Position numbers and translations under genes: made by a program | In this document: positions 27,290 to 40,185 of the stretch, in pieces | Numbering within the stretch: the stretch's first letter is position 1 | Layout of the letters: each line of letters opens with the position of its first letter | Source of the DNA: Octopus vulgaris | Taxonomy: Eukaryota | Direction of reading: 5' to 3' | DNA length: 64,000 bases | NCBI GenBank assembly: GCA_951406725.2 | Contig: OX597821.1 | Span: forward strand, 2,480,001-2,544,000 | Notes under the pieces: model-generated | Database searches by the model: none | Told to the model about the DNA's origin: nothing | Seen by the model: only the letters and a program-made list of their open reading frames with translations

Positions 27290-28519
27290 AGGGTTCGACA
27301 AAATTTATTTTAATACGGTGTACGACTACCTTTGCCAGTAATTACACCTTGATTTGACTCGTACAAAGCTTGAATTCTTTTCAAAGGAATTTTTGTCCAT
27401 TCTTCAGCTAAAACAATCTCAAGTTCTTGTCGTGATAATGGTGGAGGATATCGACTCATTACTTGGTTTTCTAAAATGCACCGTAAATGTTCAATAATAT
27501 TGAGATCTGGGGAGTGGCATGGCCAGATAGAATGTTCAACTTCACTTGAATGTTCCTAGTGCCATTCAGTAACAACTTCAGATGTGTGAATTGGTGCAAT
27601 ATCATCCCGAGAGATTTCGTTTCCCTTCGGAAATAGTTCCCCAACCATAGGATGAATTGATCAGATAAATTGTTTAAATAGCCTCGACTATTCATTCTGC
27701 CATGAAGGGAAATCATTGGGCCCGTGGATTTCCAAGATATAGTCCCCCAGATCATCACAGATCTTCCTCCATGTTTACCAGTTGGAAGAAGGCAGTCTGG
27801 GCCAAATGCTTCTTTTGGCTGTCTCTATACGTATACTCGGCTGGTGGTCGGAAATAAAGTAAAGGGTGACACGTCCGAGAAAATAACATTCTTCCACTGT
27901 TATAGGGACCAATTCTGTAGGTTTTTTACTTCACTCTAAATGCTTTGCAACGTTTGTTTTTGAAAGTAGTGATTTTCTGATTGCAGCCTTCCAGTGAAAT
28001 CCGTCTTTATGCAGCTCCCGTCGAACAGTTTTTGTGGAAACTGGGGTCTCGTGGTGTTCATTAAGCTCTGCAGTAATTTTGGGAGCTCTACTTTTGTGAT
28101 CCTTTCTAATAATTCGCGTAAGAGTCCGACGGTCCCTATATCAAAGTTTTGGTTTCTTCCAGAATTCTCTTTCGACCAGGAGCCCCCACCTTTTTTTTCT
28201 GAAGGGCTGTCATTACTTTCGAGACAGTACTTCTTGATACACCCAACATTTCGGCTGCTTTCGTTACGCTAGCGCCTGCCATACGAGTACCAACAATATG
28301 ACCTCTTTGAAAGTCCGATAGATCTCTCCTTTCAGTGAATTTTAATTACCTTTTCTGGTGACATCTGAAAAGAAACAGCTATTTTAGCAAGACAAATTAA
28401 GCAACACTAATAATAAATAATAATAAAAACATTAACTAAACAAGCTTTTGACTTTTGTAGATATTTCAAAATTATGATATTATGATGCTAGGTGTTTTCA
28501 TTATTTTGTCCAACCCTTT
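27288..28519 (-). mobile_element. decayed Tc1-family DNA transposon
   Basis: Ends CAAGGGTTCGACAAAAT / ATTTTGTCCAACCCTT with TA flanks; minus-strand DLSDFQRGHIVG...MLGVSRSTVSKV (HTH), MIWGTISWKSTG, WPCHSPDLNIIEH, AKGSRTPY*. Confidence 0.9.
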
Positions 28520-28659
28520 TATATATTCGAGCGTGTCCGTACGAGTTTATACTTCTGAGTGTATATGTACTGGTATGACTGTGTCTGTACTTGTATGCGC
28601 GTATAACGAGTTATATACAATTCTACACACACACACATGCACACATATACACACATATA

Positions 28660-28915
28660 TATAATAATATAAATAATATATGCATGTATACATATACGTA
28701 TATACCTACATATATATGCATATATACATGTTTACATGGGTACAGGACATCAAAAACCGTAGACAAAATAAGAAACGAGAACATAAAAAAACAAAAACAT
28801 AAAAACGAACCTTTTTTCGAAGAACGAAAATAACAAACAGAGAAAGAAGACATGCAACATAAAGATCATTAGTTGTCCCCTGTTTTATCTGTTCCATTTT
28901 TGTAAAGCGTTCTTT
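28660..28915 (-). repeat. repeat related to 22460-22657 and 61090-61300
   Basis: CATGGGTACAGGACATCAAAAA...GAAACGAGAACATAAAA corresponds to inverted TTTTGGTGTCCTGTACCCAT. Confidence 0.6.
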
Positions 28916-28984
28916 TGCTACTATTGTAACTCTCATGCGACGTTGGTTGTCGCTCTGACAAATATTGTTATATTTCGAAGTCGT

Positions 28985-30045
28985 CCATGATTGGGCTCCG
29001 ACCTTTTTTGCAATAGTCTTCTCCGTTGAATTTCTTCCGTGTCATGCCTTCATTTTAATATTCTCTCACAATCTTCCTACAGTTTCTACAATGTCAAATC
29101 GTGGTTTATTTCCAGTTTCGATAGAATTTTCGTTCGGATGTCTGCATCCCTCCTATCCGTCAATCCTTGTGTAAACATCAGACACTTGAAAGGATATGGA
29201 ATATACATATCTAGCCTAAATCGCTCATACTCTGTGTTGACTCTTCCTGTAAAAGTAATCATCTTTGTTCTTTACTATTTCCATCCAATAGTACACGGTG
29301 AGCACATTTCACTAAACATTTTGCACAAGATGTCAACTGTGTCGGTGAAATTTATGTCTGACGCTTTTTTTTGGGGGGGGGGGCAATATGGAGTTACTAT
29401 ACTTCTCATGCGTGAAGGCACATGGCTCAGTGGTTAGAGCGTAGAGCTTACGATCGTGAGGTTGTATGTTCAATTCCCGGACCGGGCTGCGTGTTGTGTT
29501 CTTGAGCAATGCAGTTTATTTCATGTTGCTCCAGTTCACTCAGATGTAGAAATGAGTTGCGACATCACTGGTGCCAAGCTGTATCGGCCAATTTGCCTTT
29601 CCCTTGGATAACATCAGTGGCGTGGAAAGGAGGGGAGGCATGGGTGACTGCTATCCTTGCGCAAACAATCTTGCCCTGACTTGTGCTTCGGAGGGTAACT
29701 TTCTAGGTGCAATCCCATGGTTATTCATGAGCGAAGGGGGTCTCCTCCTCCTATATTTCTCATGCATTGCTGTTCCTAGTTTTCATAAAACTAGACGGGT
29801 TTTCATGTCGTCCATCCAATCCCGGCATTCTTTTTTAAAATTTTGAAATCTTCCAAAGTAAGCGTCCAAGGCTACTTCTTGGGGTCATATATGGATTCGT
29901 TTATGGAATTCGCTACATGGTCTGGTGAAAATGTATTCCACAGATTGGTTATCGACTTCATTAAGTGTGACTTTTGCTGTTGCAATCCTTGTTGTTGCTC
30001 TCGTTGCTTCTTAAGTTGTTGTCGTTACTGTTGTTGCAACTCAAC
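28985..30045 (-). pseudogene. Gypsy (Mag-clade-like) gag remnant split by a SINE
   Basis: Q-rich start, IYDP..DAYFGRF..DDMKTRLVL*KLGTAMHEKY | SNSILP..DINFTDTVDIL..FKCLMFTQGLTDRRDADIRTKILSKLE..DLTL. Confidence 0.75.
29412..29750 (+). mobile_element. tRNA-derived SINE (family C) with 15-bp TSD
   Basis: Head TGGCTCAGTGGTTAGAGCG...GTTCAATTCCC; TSD CTATA(C/T)TTCTCATGC at 29397-29411 and 29751-29765. Confidence 0.9.
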
Positions 30046-30191
30046 TATCCCACCTAACAAGTCTTCTCTATCTTACGGTTTTCGGAAGTTTGCACATCAG
30101 GATATTTTTTCCTTTTTTTTCGAAGTATTTAATTCTCCACGTGAATTAGTTTAAACTCTCCATGTGAATGTATACACACACACACACATAC

Positions 30192-30245
<54 letters not shown>

Positions 30246-30291
30246 CAGTTTATATATTGCTGTCGGCATTTTATATTTTGAGGGTGAAAGG

Positions 30292-30482
30292 ACTTTTATT
30301 CTTTTATTTGTTTCAGTCATTTGACTGCGGCCATGCTGGAGCACCGCCTTTAGTCGAACAAATCGACCCCAGGACTTATCTGAAAGCCTATTACTTATAG
30401 TGTCGGTCTCTTTTGCCTAACCGCTATGTTACGGGGACGTGAGCACACCAACATCAGTTGTCAAGTGATGGTGGGGAGAGAA

Positions 30483-30562
<80 letters not shown>

Positions 30563-30724
30563 GACAGGCTTCTTTCTGTTTCCGTCTACCAAATCCACTC
30601 ACAAGGCTTTGGTCGGGCCGAGGCTGTAGTTGAAGACAGTTGCCCAGGGTGCCACGAGTGGGATGGAACTCGGAGCAATGTGGTTGGTAAGCAAGCTACC
30701 TACCAAACAGTCACTCCTGAGCCT
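30292..30724 (-). mobile_element. family-A SINE
   Basis: Full-length match with internal (CA)n(TA)n. Confidence 0.85.
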
Positions 30725-33700
30725 TTTTGTTTATTATGCTGAGTCCTAATCGGCTGTTGTATACATTAACCATTAATGCCAACAATCTTTTGGCCATCGT
30801 AGCTCTGTTGTCCAAAATCTAACGTCGATGGCTAAATCGACTGCATTCATTTCGTTTCGAACCAGGCATCTGATTTGTCTTAGTTTTATTTTTATTTTCG
30901 GTGTGGTTGCTAGTCTTTACAGCCACCATATTGTAGTCGAATGACTGTCGATCGCAGCAGTGGAAATGACTCTGTCAATGTTGCTTCATCCTCCGCAAGT
31001 TGACTCATTAGAAATTAATCCGATGATAATGTTTATGTGTCTGTTACTATAGTAATTCAGCATTCTGGTTTTAATCTCTCAACCTCTGTGTTGTTATTTT
31101 GGAAATGCTCCCTTTCTCCTCAATAGTAAATGTTGATGATAATACTTTCGGTTGTACCAAGGGCTCAGCAGGCTGGAAACATGTTTGGCGTAAAAGGGCT
31201 GAACACCAATCCTCCAACATTTGTTCTGACTTTTACAATGCCATTTTGCTTGCCAGAGGAGAAATTCGTGGCAATATTTGTTGTTAAATTTCCTTGAATT
31301 GGAAAACAATATTACCGAAAGATATGTAAGACATAATGCGGTAAGAAACAAAGGAATACATTAGTCCCCCTGAGGTCGAGACTAGTTCCGCAATAATATA
31401 AAAATACAAAAATTATCATAAAACACGTCCAAAAATAGGCAATTCCTTTTCAACTTGCGGAATGACAAGAATGCGTGACACACAGTCAAGAAATAACTGC
31501 AAAAAGCTATAAATAAAAATGATAGCAACAACAAAAATATGAATAAAAATACAAGAGAAAAATGAAACTAATAATACAAATAAGGTGTTAATAACATTAG
31601 CATTGCTGTTTCATCATTGATGTTAGTAGCTCTTGTGATGTTGTTAGTGCTATTGTTGTTTGTGTTGTTTGTTGTTTTGCTTTGTTAATAGTTGAGTTAT
31701 GCCGTTTGTAATTCATAATTGAATCACTTAGAAAACAATAAAGCGAAAGGAGTTACAGTTCATTTGGGTGCATAAGTATATTCGCAGAATATCTTCTGCA
31801 CGTGTCTGTATTGATACAAATATGATGTGTGTGTGTGTGTTTGTGATTGTCATAGAGTTTGTTTCTGTATAAAATAGGAAGTGAGAAAGAGAGAGAGAGA
31901 GACAGAGAGAGAAATGGGGTAGAGAGGGAGAGAGACATACGCACAAAGAGATCGTCAATTACATTAGAGGATTAGAACAATATACTGTAAAAAAATAAAT
32001 GGGTTAAAAGGAAGAGAGATATCAAAACAAAAAAAAAAAGGAATTATTTATCACAATATATCAAAACAAATTAATAGCAAGTAATAGTTTAGCTTCTGAG
32101 CGGGATGGAACAAAAAATTGCCAATAATAATAATAATAATGATGATGATGATGATGATGATGATGATAATGATGATAATAATAATAATAACATATTTATT
32201 GCTTTAAGAGCAGCAATGGAGGAAACATTACAAGGACAATCAGAAAAAAAAGATGGTTTTCTTTATACTGGATTCTTGAACGACAAAGGTTTCTAACAAC
32301 GAAATTTTCTGTAATGTGACTAACGCCTGTTATTTTGTAGGTGAATGAATGCAGATTGGTCCTTCCTTCATTCACTATATTTTAGTAAATCAGTAAATTA
32401 GGGATGAGGTAAATGTTAAGAAAGAAGGGATTAGATGTTGTATTCAAAGGATACAGTTTGCAATTTCTGTCACGTTATGAAATGTTTATTTGTTTTGCGA
32501 GGCTAGTTTGTATGTTTTAAATCGTTATATAGGTTGAGTTCTGTTCTTTTACATTACAAATCCTTTTTTAAGTATACATATTTCTTTGTACAGCAATGGG
32601 TGTTCATGCGTTTATATAAATGTTCGCTTGATACGTCTGATAAGCATAATCCTATTGAAAATAGATCAATGTTCTGAGACAGTTGATTTTAACTTCTTTC
32701 GCAAATCTAGCTATTGTTTTTCGCAATATTTCGTAAGTTAGTTCGGTGAATGAGATCGTCGTATTTCGGTTAGCTGTAACGGAAGACATTATAACGTCTA
32801 TCTGTTCGATTTTAGACCATTTCATTGCGTTCTTGTTGTTTCTCTGACCTTAGAGAGCAACGCTACAAACACTGATTAAATTGTTCTGTATAGCTCTCAT
32901 TACCAAATTGTACATGCAATCCAAATAGCCAACCGAATCTCAAAAACTGAGAAACTGAACCTTGCTGAGAATTGTGATATGTGCACACGTGTGTAGGAGA
33001 TACTCAGCTCATTAAACATTAAACTCAAAGAGTGGTCTTTTTCTATATTTCATTTGGGACATTCCACAATGAAGCAAACGGTATATCACAAACACACTAA
33101 CACACAGATATACACACATCTCTATACATATACATACTCGTTTACAAAAACTCACACGAATACAATGATTTACATACACGCACACACACATACATTAACG
33201 AGATGCTTCCGTTTTTTGCATGTGCGAACATGATGGATTGGTGCGCGTAGTCATGCATGCATAATGTTCCCAAACAAAATAGTCCTCCACAATTTCTTCG
33301 TCACTTCATCTCACCTCATCGGTGAAAACACCAGGATATACTTCTGCAAATTTTCCTTCTGAAATAAACCAGCAACGATATACCATGACAAAAGAATAAA
33401 ATATAAAGAGAGAGAACGAAAACTCAGACACACATATCAACAGCACATTATTCGACTATCATACTGTGGTTTACACACAGATCAACTTGAATGTAATTCC
33501 TTTAACGTCTGGCTTATTGCCTGAAGATAAATTAATCATGATCATTTCAGATGATAAACTACTGCAGCCAAGGGCAATTTAACCAAAGCATATGTCAAAG
33601 GGCTTCCATGTCAACAAGCATCTTGAATGGCGAATAAGGATTCCTCTTAGGCACAGGAATGAATACGCAGCAGACACTGATACATTATTAACGCCAAAAA

Positions 33701-33911
33701 CACACACGTAAACATATGAATCTAGTAGAAAAACAAAACCACATATACATACATATATGTATGTATGTATGTATGTTGGTATGTATGTATGTATGTATGT
33801 ATGTATGTATGTATGTATGTATGTATGTATGCATGTATGTATTTATGTATGTATGCATGTATGTATTTATGTATGCATGTATGTATGTGTGTATGTATGC
33901 ATGTATGTATG

Positions 33912-33984
<73 letters not shown>

Positions 33985-34040
33985 TTATACACATAAATAC
34001 ATATATATATGCATGTGTATATATATTTATACACACACAC

Positions 34041-34077
<37 letters not shown>

Positions 34078-34776
34078 ACCAAATACCCCTTACACATATA
34101 CATATATGCATACATATGTATGTACGTATGTATATGTGTATATATGTATCAGCTACTACATGACACAAAAACACTCACAGAAACAACGATTCGCTCCCTA
34201 AAAGCAATTAGTATTAAAATCTGGTTAGAAAACCCTCTGTGTAATCCTGCAATTTTCGAAAACTTATCTGAATGAAAGGCTGGAGGATAAATAAATCATC
34301 GACATCACCGTCGGCCCAATCTGTCATTGTCACTGAACACAACAGAAGCGATCATGAGGCGGATGCCTCAATTATTTATTGGGCTGGTGCACGGTGACTG
34401 TACGATAATGTGACGGCATCTTCAGCGTGTTTTTTTTTTTCTTTTTGAAAACAAGCCACACCAGCAATATCGACAGAAGGAATAGTTGCTGTAGCAACAC
34501 TAATCAAACAAAAGAAACAACAAAATAAAAAAAGAAAAAAAAAACTGTACGAGAAATTGTTTGTTCTTCAGGTAGGAGGTCAACAGATTTGAGAATATCA
34601 TCGAACCCAACACTTGTAATTATACTTTCTGCAACTGGTTTCAAAATGATGAAAAGCAAAGTTAAAATCGAAAAGCGGAAAGGAACGAAAAGATTTACTC
34701 AAGCCATTTTATTCAGTCCTCAAATAATTCTGCTAATACACCATCCTTCTGTTGTTACTACTATTATTATTCAGGT

Positions 34777-34959
34777 TGGAAGCAAGCAGGATCGTCAGCA
34801 AAATGCTTCCATTTTTATGGTATTCAAATTCCGCGCAAGTCAACTTTGCTATTCTTCCATTCGGGATCGACGAAATACTTACCAGTTACGTACTGGGGTC
34901 GATGTAATCGACTAGCTCCTTCCCCACGATTTCAGAACTTGTGCCTATAGTAGAATAGG

Positions 34960-34960
<1 letters not shown>
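34777..34960 (+). mobile_element. family-D SINE running into (ATT)n
   Basis: TTCAAATTCCGC..GTCAACTTTGCT..TTCGGGATCGA..ACCAGTTACGTACTGGGGTCGATGTAATCGACT..TTGTGCCTATAGTAGAATAGGATTATT. Confidence 0.75.
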
Positions 34961-35040
<80 letters not shown>

Positions 35041-35065
35041 GTTGTTGTTGTTGTTGTTATTATTG

Positions 35066-35103
<38 letters not shown>

Positions 35104-35104
<1 letters not shown>

Positions 35105-35660
35105 CTGAGTGAGAGAGTAGAGCATGCCATCAAAGTGACACTGGGGTAAAATATACGAAGCCCAGTATACCCATCATGACTACCCGTCTGATAAGGGTAC
35201 ATCAGGCATATGCATCACAAACATATGTGCGTGACATGGTGATCTCATATCAAGATAAACAGCACATGACCTTGCAGGTGGGGCCCAGTTAGAATTTTCT
35301 TCAGGTTGAGTAGCCCATCCCGCTCAAAAGGTCCCTGAATAAGGGTTGTTTCAGGATGTTGAACGAAGCACCCATGTTTCCAGAGGTGAATTATTCAAGC
35401 CCCAAAGAATCCCTCTCAACAGATGGCCATGATGCTCCCCCACTACTTCTGCCCGTGATCAGAGATGCACATATCGTCAGCCACTAAGGGACATGCTCAA
35501 CTAGATAAGGTCAAACAACTGACAAGCAAATCCGTGGTATTGAGCAGAATATTTGCTGTAGCCCATCTTTTATACCAAGACAAAACAACGTACATGATAA
35601 CACTTCCAATCAGTTAAGATCAGAAGCCATGAGAGCCACTGCCTGGTACTACATCAGGGC

Positions 35661-35662
<2 letters not shown>
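35104..35662. mobile_element. non-coding ~560-bp insert within a (TAT)n tract, probable retroposon
   Basis: Complex sequence cleanly bounded by (ATT)n on both sides; no recognisable ORF. Confidence 0.5.
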
Positions 35663-35696
<34 letters not shown>

Positions 35697-35815
35697 CATT
35701 ATTATTATTATTATTATATTTGTTTTTTTCATTCTTTCTTTAAATTTTCTTCCATTTCACGCCGAGTGTTTTACGTAAACCTAGGGCAGAGGAGCTTATT
35801 GTATGCATTCCCAGA

Positions 35816-35873
35816 TTACACACGCAAATTCATAGGTAAAATATGTATTTTACCTGTGAATTTGCGTGTGTAA
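35816..35873. repeat. 28-bp-arm hairpin
   Basis: TTACACACGCAAATTCATAGGTAAAATA-tg-TATTTTACCTGTGAATTTGCGTGTGTAA with one T-G wobble. Confidence 0.9.
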
Positions 35874-35891
35874 ATATTGTTATTATTATTA

Positions 35892-35940
<49 letters not shown>

Positions 35941-36485
35941 CATTATTATTATAATATTTTTTTATAATAATAATAATAATTTCTATTATTAATGATTAGA
36001 AATTTTGGCTCAAGGGCAGCTTATCTATTTGTCATGTTACTATCGTGAATGGATTGATGTTAGTCGTTTCAGATATTTAGATCAGAAGCAAGCAAAATCG
36101 TGTGCATGTAAATGCAGAAGCTGCGATCTGTGCCTCCCTGCGTTGATATTGTAAATCCCTCTCTTTCATTTACTGCATACCGCCCTTCTGTTCTTCAATA
36201 ACAGTGTTATATGTCATCCCAGCTCTTTCTCGTACAAATGTTTTAGGTAAAGCCTAATGTCATTTATAGCCTGCACCATCCATTCTTCATTATCGGTGAG
36301 ATGGTTCATAAGCAAGGGTCCATCTTTGAATATTCTGGTTAAAATTGAATATATGTTTACATGCTTTTGAATGAACACAATTCTTGAAATTGAACAAACT
36401 TGGCAACTCTGAGAGTTTCTGTTAAACAGGAATAAGCTGTTCAAAATGTCAAAAGTTCCAAAACTTACTTGTATGTTTTCCTTAA

Positions 36486-37926
36486 TATTCGTTCATCCTA
36501 TAAATAATGTGGTGTTTTCAATTGCATGAACTAAAAGTTGGAGGGGGTGGGATAAATTACCAGCATCAACTTGCTATTGAAGCAGGTGATAATTTCACTT
36601 GTGCTTATTCTTAGTGTTAGTTTTGAAGAGTGCATTTCGATTTTCACAGTTATTTTTTAAAAAGCTATAATGGAAGTGACGGTAGACGGACAATTCGTCA
36701 ACAGACAGATGGCTGACAATTGACTGACAGACAACTTACAGACAATACAATTGTCTGGTATGTGCAGAATCCTGTTACCAACCACCTTCTTGAACCAGAG
36801 CCACCTGCACCAGGGCATCACAAACTTCTCCAGGCACTTCATATAGGCCTCCGTATTAAGGCGAATTTTCTATTGACGAGAAGTGACAAAGGAGCATATT
36901 CGGCATATTTTGCTTTATAAGTTCAATAATGACAACAACAAAGCGGAAAGTGCGAAGAATATTAATGCAGTATATGGTTATCGGACAATAAGCGTGAGTC
37001 AGTCTCAACGGCGGTTCAAGAAATTCCCAGCCGGAAACTACAGCCTCGAAGATGAGCCACGTCCTGGAATATCCATTAGAGCTCGACGAGGACACCCTGC
37101 AAACCCTGAGAAACTAGCAGGAAAGCTTGGATTTGGTCATTCAACCATTGACGGAAACCTGCGTGCCATTAGAAAAGTCACCAAATTGTGTCAATGGGTT
37201 CCTCACAAACCTTCCGAGTTTAATCGCTCGCAGAGAGTGAATGTTTGATTTTCTTTGTTCTCACGCTATACAAATGAAACATATTGTACTGAAGAGTGAC
37301 TGGTGACGAGAAATGCCTTCTCTATAAAAGTGTCAAGAATAGGAGAAACACCGGCACCCGAGGCTAGAGAAGGGCTTCAACCACGTATGGTGTTGTTATC
37401 TGTTTGGTGAGATATGAAAGGCTTAGTCCATTTTTAACTTTTAAACCAAAACCAAACGATAACAAAGGAGATCTACTGCGAGCAGGTTGAGCGGCTTAAG
37501 TCAATCTTAGAAGAACAACAGCCTTCTTTGGTTTCAAGACAAAAGGCGTTCTTCCATCAGGAAGATGCTCAGCCACATACAGTGAGGATGTCATTCCAAA
37601 TACAGTTTGAATGAGAAACGATGCCCATCCATCATATTCGCCGGACATTGCCCCATCTGATTATCATTTATTTCGCAGTCTTCAAAATCATTTGGACGGA
37701 AAAGATATGAATTCTGTATACGAGGTCAGAACAGTACTGGAGAAGTATTTTTCGTCAATGACAAGGGAATTTTGGAAGAGGGGCCTTGCAAGTCTACCAG
37801 ATAGATGGGAAAGCATTATAGAAAATGAAGAAGAGTACATTTTAGATTGAAAATAAACTCTGTTGATCTTAATTTTGAAAAATAAAGGAAGTCTAAAAAT
37901 CCCATTATTTATGTGATGACCCAATA
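36486..37926 (+). mobile_element. decayed full-length mariner element
   Basis: Degenerate TIRs TATTCGTTCATCCTATAAATAATG / CATTATTTATGTGATGACCCAATA; MEVT|KEHIRHILLYKF..SLEDEPRPG, WVPHK, VTGDEK, HPSYSPDIAPSDYHLFRSLQN; frameshifted. Confidence 0.92.
36681..36879. mobile_element. 199-bp insertion with 8-bp TSD inside the mariner start
   Basis: GAAGTGAC at 36673-36680 and 36880-36887; removing the insert restores ATG GAA GTG ACA AAG. Confidence 0.75.
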
Positions 37927-39281
37927 CATTATTCTTAACCAAGAAAACAAATTCTTGATGTAGTTCTCAAAAGCTGAATTACAGGTATAAAAATTTATAA
38001 AATCAAATAATAGTTTTAAACCGGGAGATGGGTCAAATATATTATAAAAGAAAACTTTAAAACGTGGAGAGCGGGAACAGTTACTCAAAGTATCTGGTCT
38101 TCCATTCGAATATTTCGTCCGAAAATCTAATATTCTGGAGAATAAATGTGCCGCGTTATACACATACACACACACACACATAAGCACAGACAAACAAAAC
38201 ACACATATCTACACACACATACACAGACACACACATACACCCACACATACACAGGCACTCACACACACATACACAGACACACATACATAATCAGACATAC
38301 ACACATACACAGACACATATACACATACACACAGACACACAAACATACGCACAAACATACACACATACACACAAACACACACACACACACATACACACAT
38401 ATACACACACACTCATGCGCACGCACATACTCACACAAACACACACAACTATAGCCTCTGTGTGTGTGTGTAAATATCTGATCTAACAGAAATATCACAT
38501 CACCACAATAACAATTGATTTTTCAAAGTTGCAACAACGACTCCGACAAAAGCAGAAATAACAAGAAAAATAGAACAGGAATAAATACAACGAATGAGCA
38601 GCAGTTGCAAAGAACGGCCATATTAATAGATATGAGTGGTTATATTGAACTAAAGTGACTCGATGTCACTAGACACTTGACATGTCTAATATTTTGTTAA
38701 TGTCTGTGAAACGATGGGTGGTGAAACGAATATTACTCCTTACATATAACTTACGCGAGAGCAGTGGGTGTGTGCGGATGTATTTGTATGTATGAGTGTG
38801 TCTGTGAGATGTCGTAGTTGCTGTGGTCGTCGTCGTTATCATCATCGTGTTCGTCCCCCTCCTCTTCCCTCCTCTCCTTCATCCTCTTCTCCCTCCGCTT
38901 ATACCTCATCTTCTTCTTCCTCCTCCTCCTCCTCCTCCTCTAAACCCCCTCCTCCTCCTCTTCTCATTCTTCTTCTTCTTCTTCTTCTTCTTCTTCTTCT
39001 TCTTCTCCTTCTTCTTCTAATCAGAACTCACGCCATTAGCCACAAAGAATAATCTCTAATTCGAGTCTACTCTAAGCTGCTAAGAATGCGTGCGGCAACT
39101 TGAAGATCCAGCCACCACACGCGATAGCTTGGCGGTTGCACGGGCGCGAAAGCTACGTTGTTATCCTCATTCTGTAACGGGTGGCGAGCTGAACCATCCT
39201 GGGGTACAGAGGATTCGCAATCTAGACTAGAGACTGATAGTTTACACACCATAGTGGGTTACACCATGGTTACTCTGCTTT

Positions 39282-39483
39282 GTGGAAGAAGTAGGAAGAA
39301 AGAGTGAGAGAAAGTTAGGGTGAAAGAATACAGCGGGGTTCACCACCCTCCCCCGCCGGAGCCTCGTGAAGCTTAGGTGTTTTTTGCTCAATAAACACTC
39401 ACAATGCTAGGTCTGAGAATCGAAACCGCGTTTTTATGACCACGAGTTCGCTGCCCTAACCACTGGGTCATTGCACCTCCACA
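39282..39483 (-). mobile_element. family-B SINE 5' half
   Basis: Inverted match to 18992-19170. Confidence 0.8.
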
Positions 39484-39849
39484 TCGTTGTTGTTCATCTT
39501 GTTTGAAAAATTGAATAGGTAAGTGATCAAATGCACATCAGCCGTGACAGACTTGACTACTTTCTTGATGATATCCATTCGTTATCGTTTAAATTGTTAA
39601 GTTGGGACTTTGGGGGAGTCTACTGCTATTTCTAATCACGATGTGAAAGATTTCTTTATCAACAGTATCACAATCAAGTGAAATAGGTTGTGTTATTTTG
39701 TAGTACTGAATAAATACCGAACAAATCGCTGTAATACCTGTACGCCGTTGTTCAACATATGAGAACAAACAACCGATGTTTCTTTAAATGTCTTACCTCG
39801 TACGTATATTCAACCAGTCCCATCCTGGCTCTAAATAACGACAAAGTCA

Positions 39850-40185
39850 AGAAGAAGAAGGAGTAGAAGAAGAAGAAGGAGGAGTAGAAGAAGAAGAAGA
39901 AAGAAGAGGAGGAGAAGAAGAAGAAGAAGAAGGAGGAGGAGGGGGAGAAGAAGAAGAAGAAGAAGGAGTAGAGGAAAAAGAAGGAGGAGTAGAAGAAGAA
40001 GAAGAAGAAGAAGAAGGAGGAGTAGAAGAAGAAGAAGAGGAAGAAGATGAAGGGGAAGATGAGGAAGAAGAAGAAGAAGAGGAAGCAGAAAAGGAAGAAG
40101 AACAACAACAATAACAATAACAACAACGACGACGACGACGTCATCAACAACAACAACAACATCCACAACAGCAGCAGCAGCAGTG
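39850..40185. repeat. compound (GAA/GAG)n-(CAA)n-(GAC)n-(CAG)n microsatellite
   Basis: Direct reading. Confidence 0.9.

Noticed and set aside
30730-31380. Non-repetitive island with GTAAG donor-like sites
   Set aside because: All frames are interrupted and no acceptor-donor pair gives a recognisable peptide
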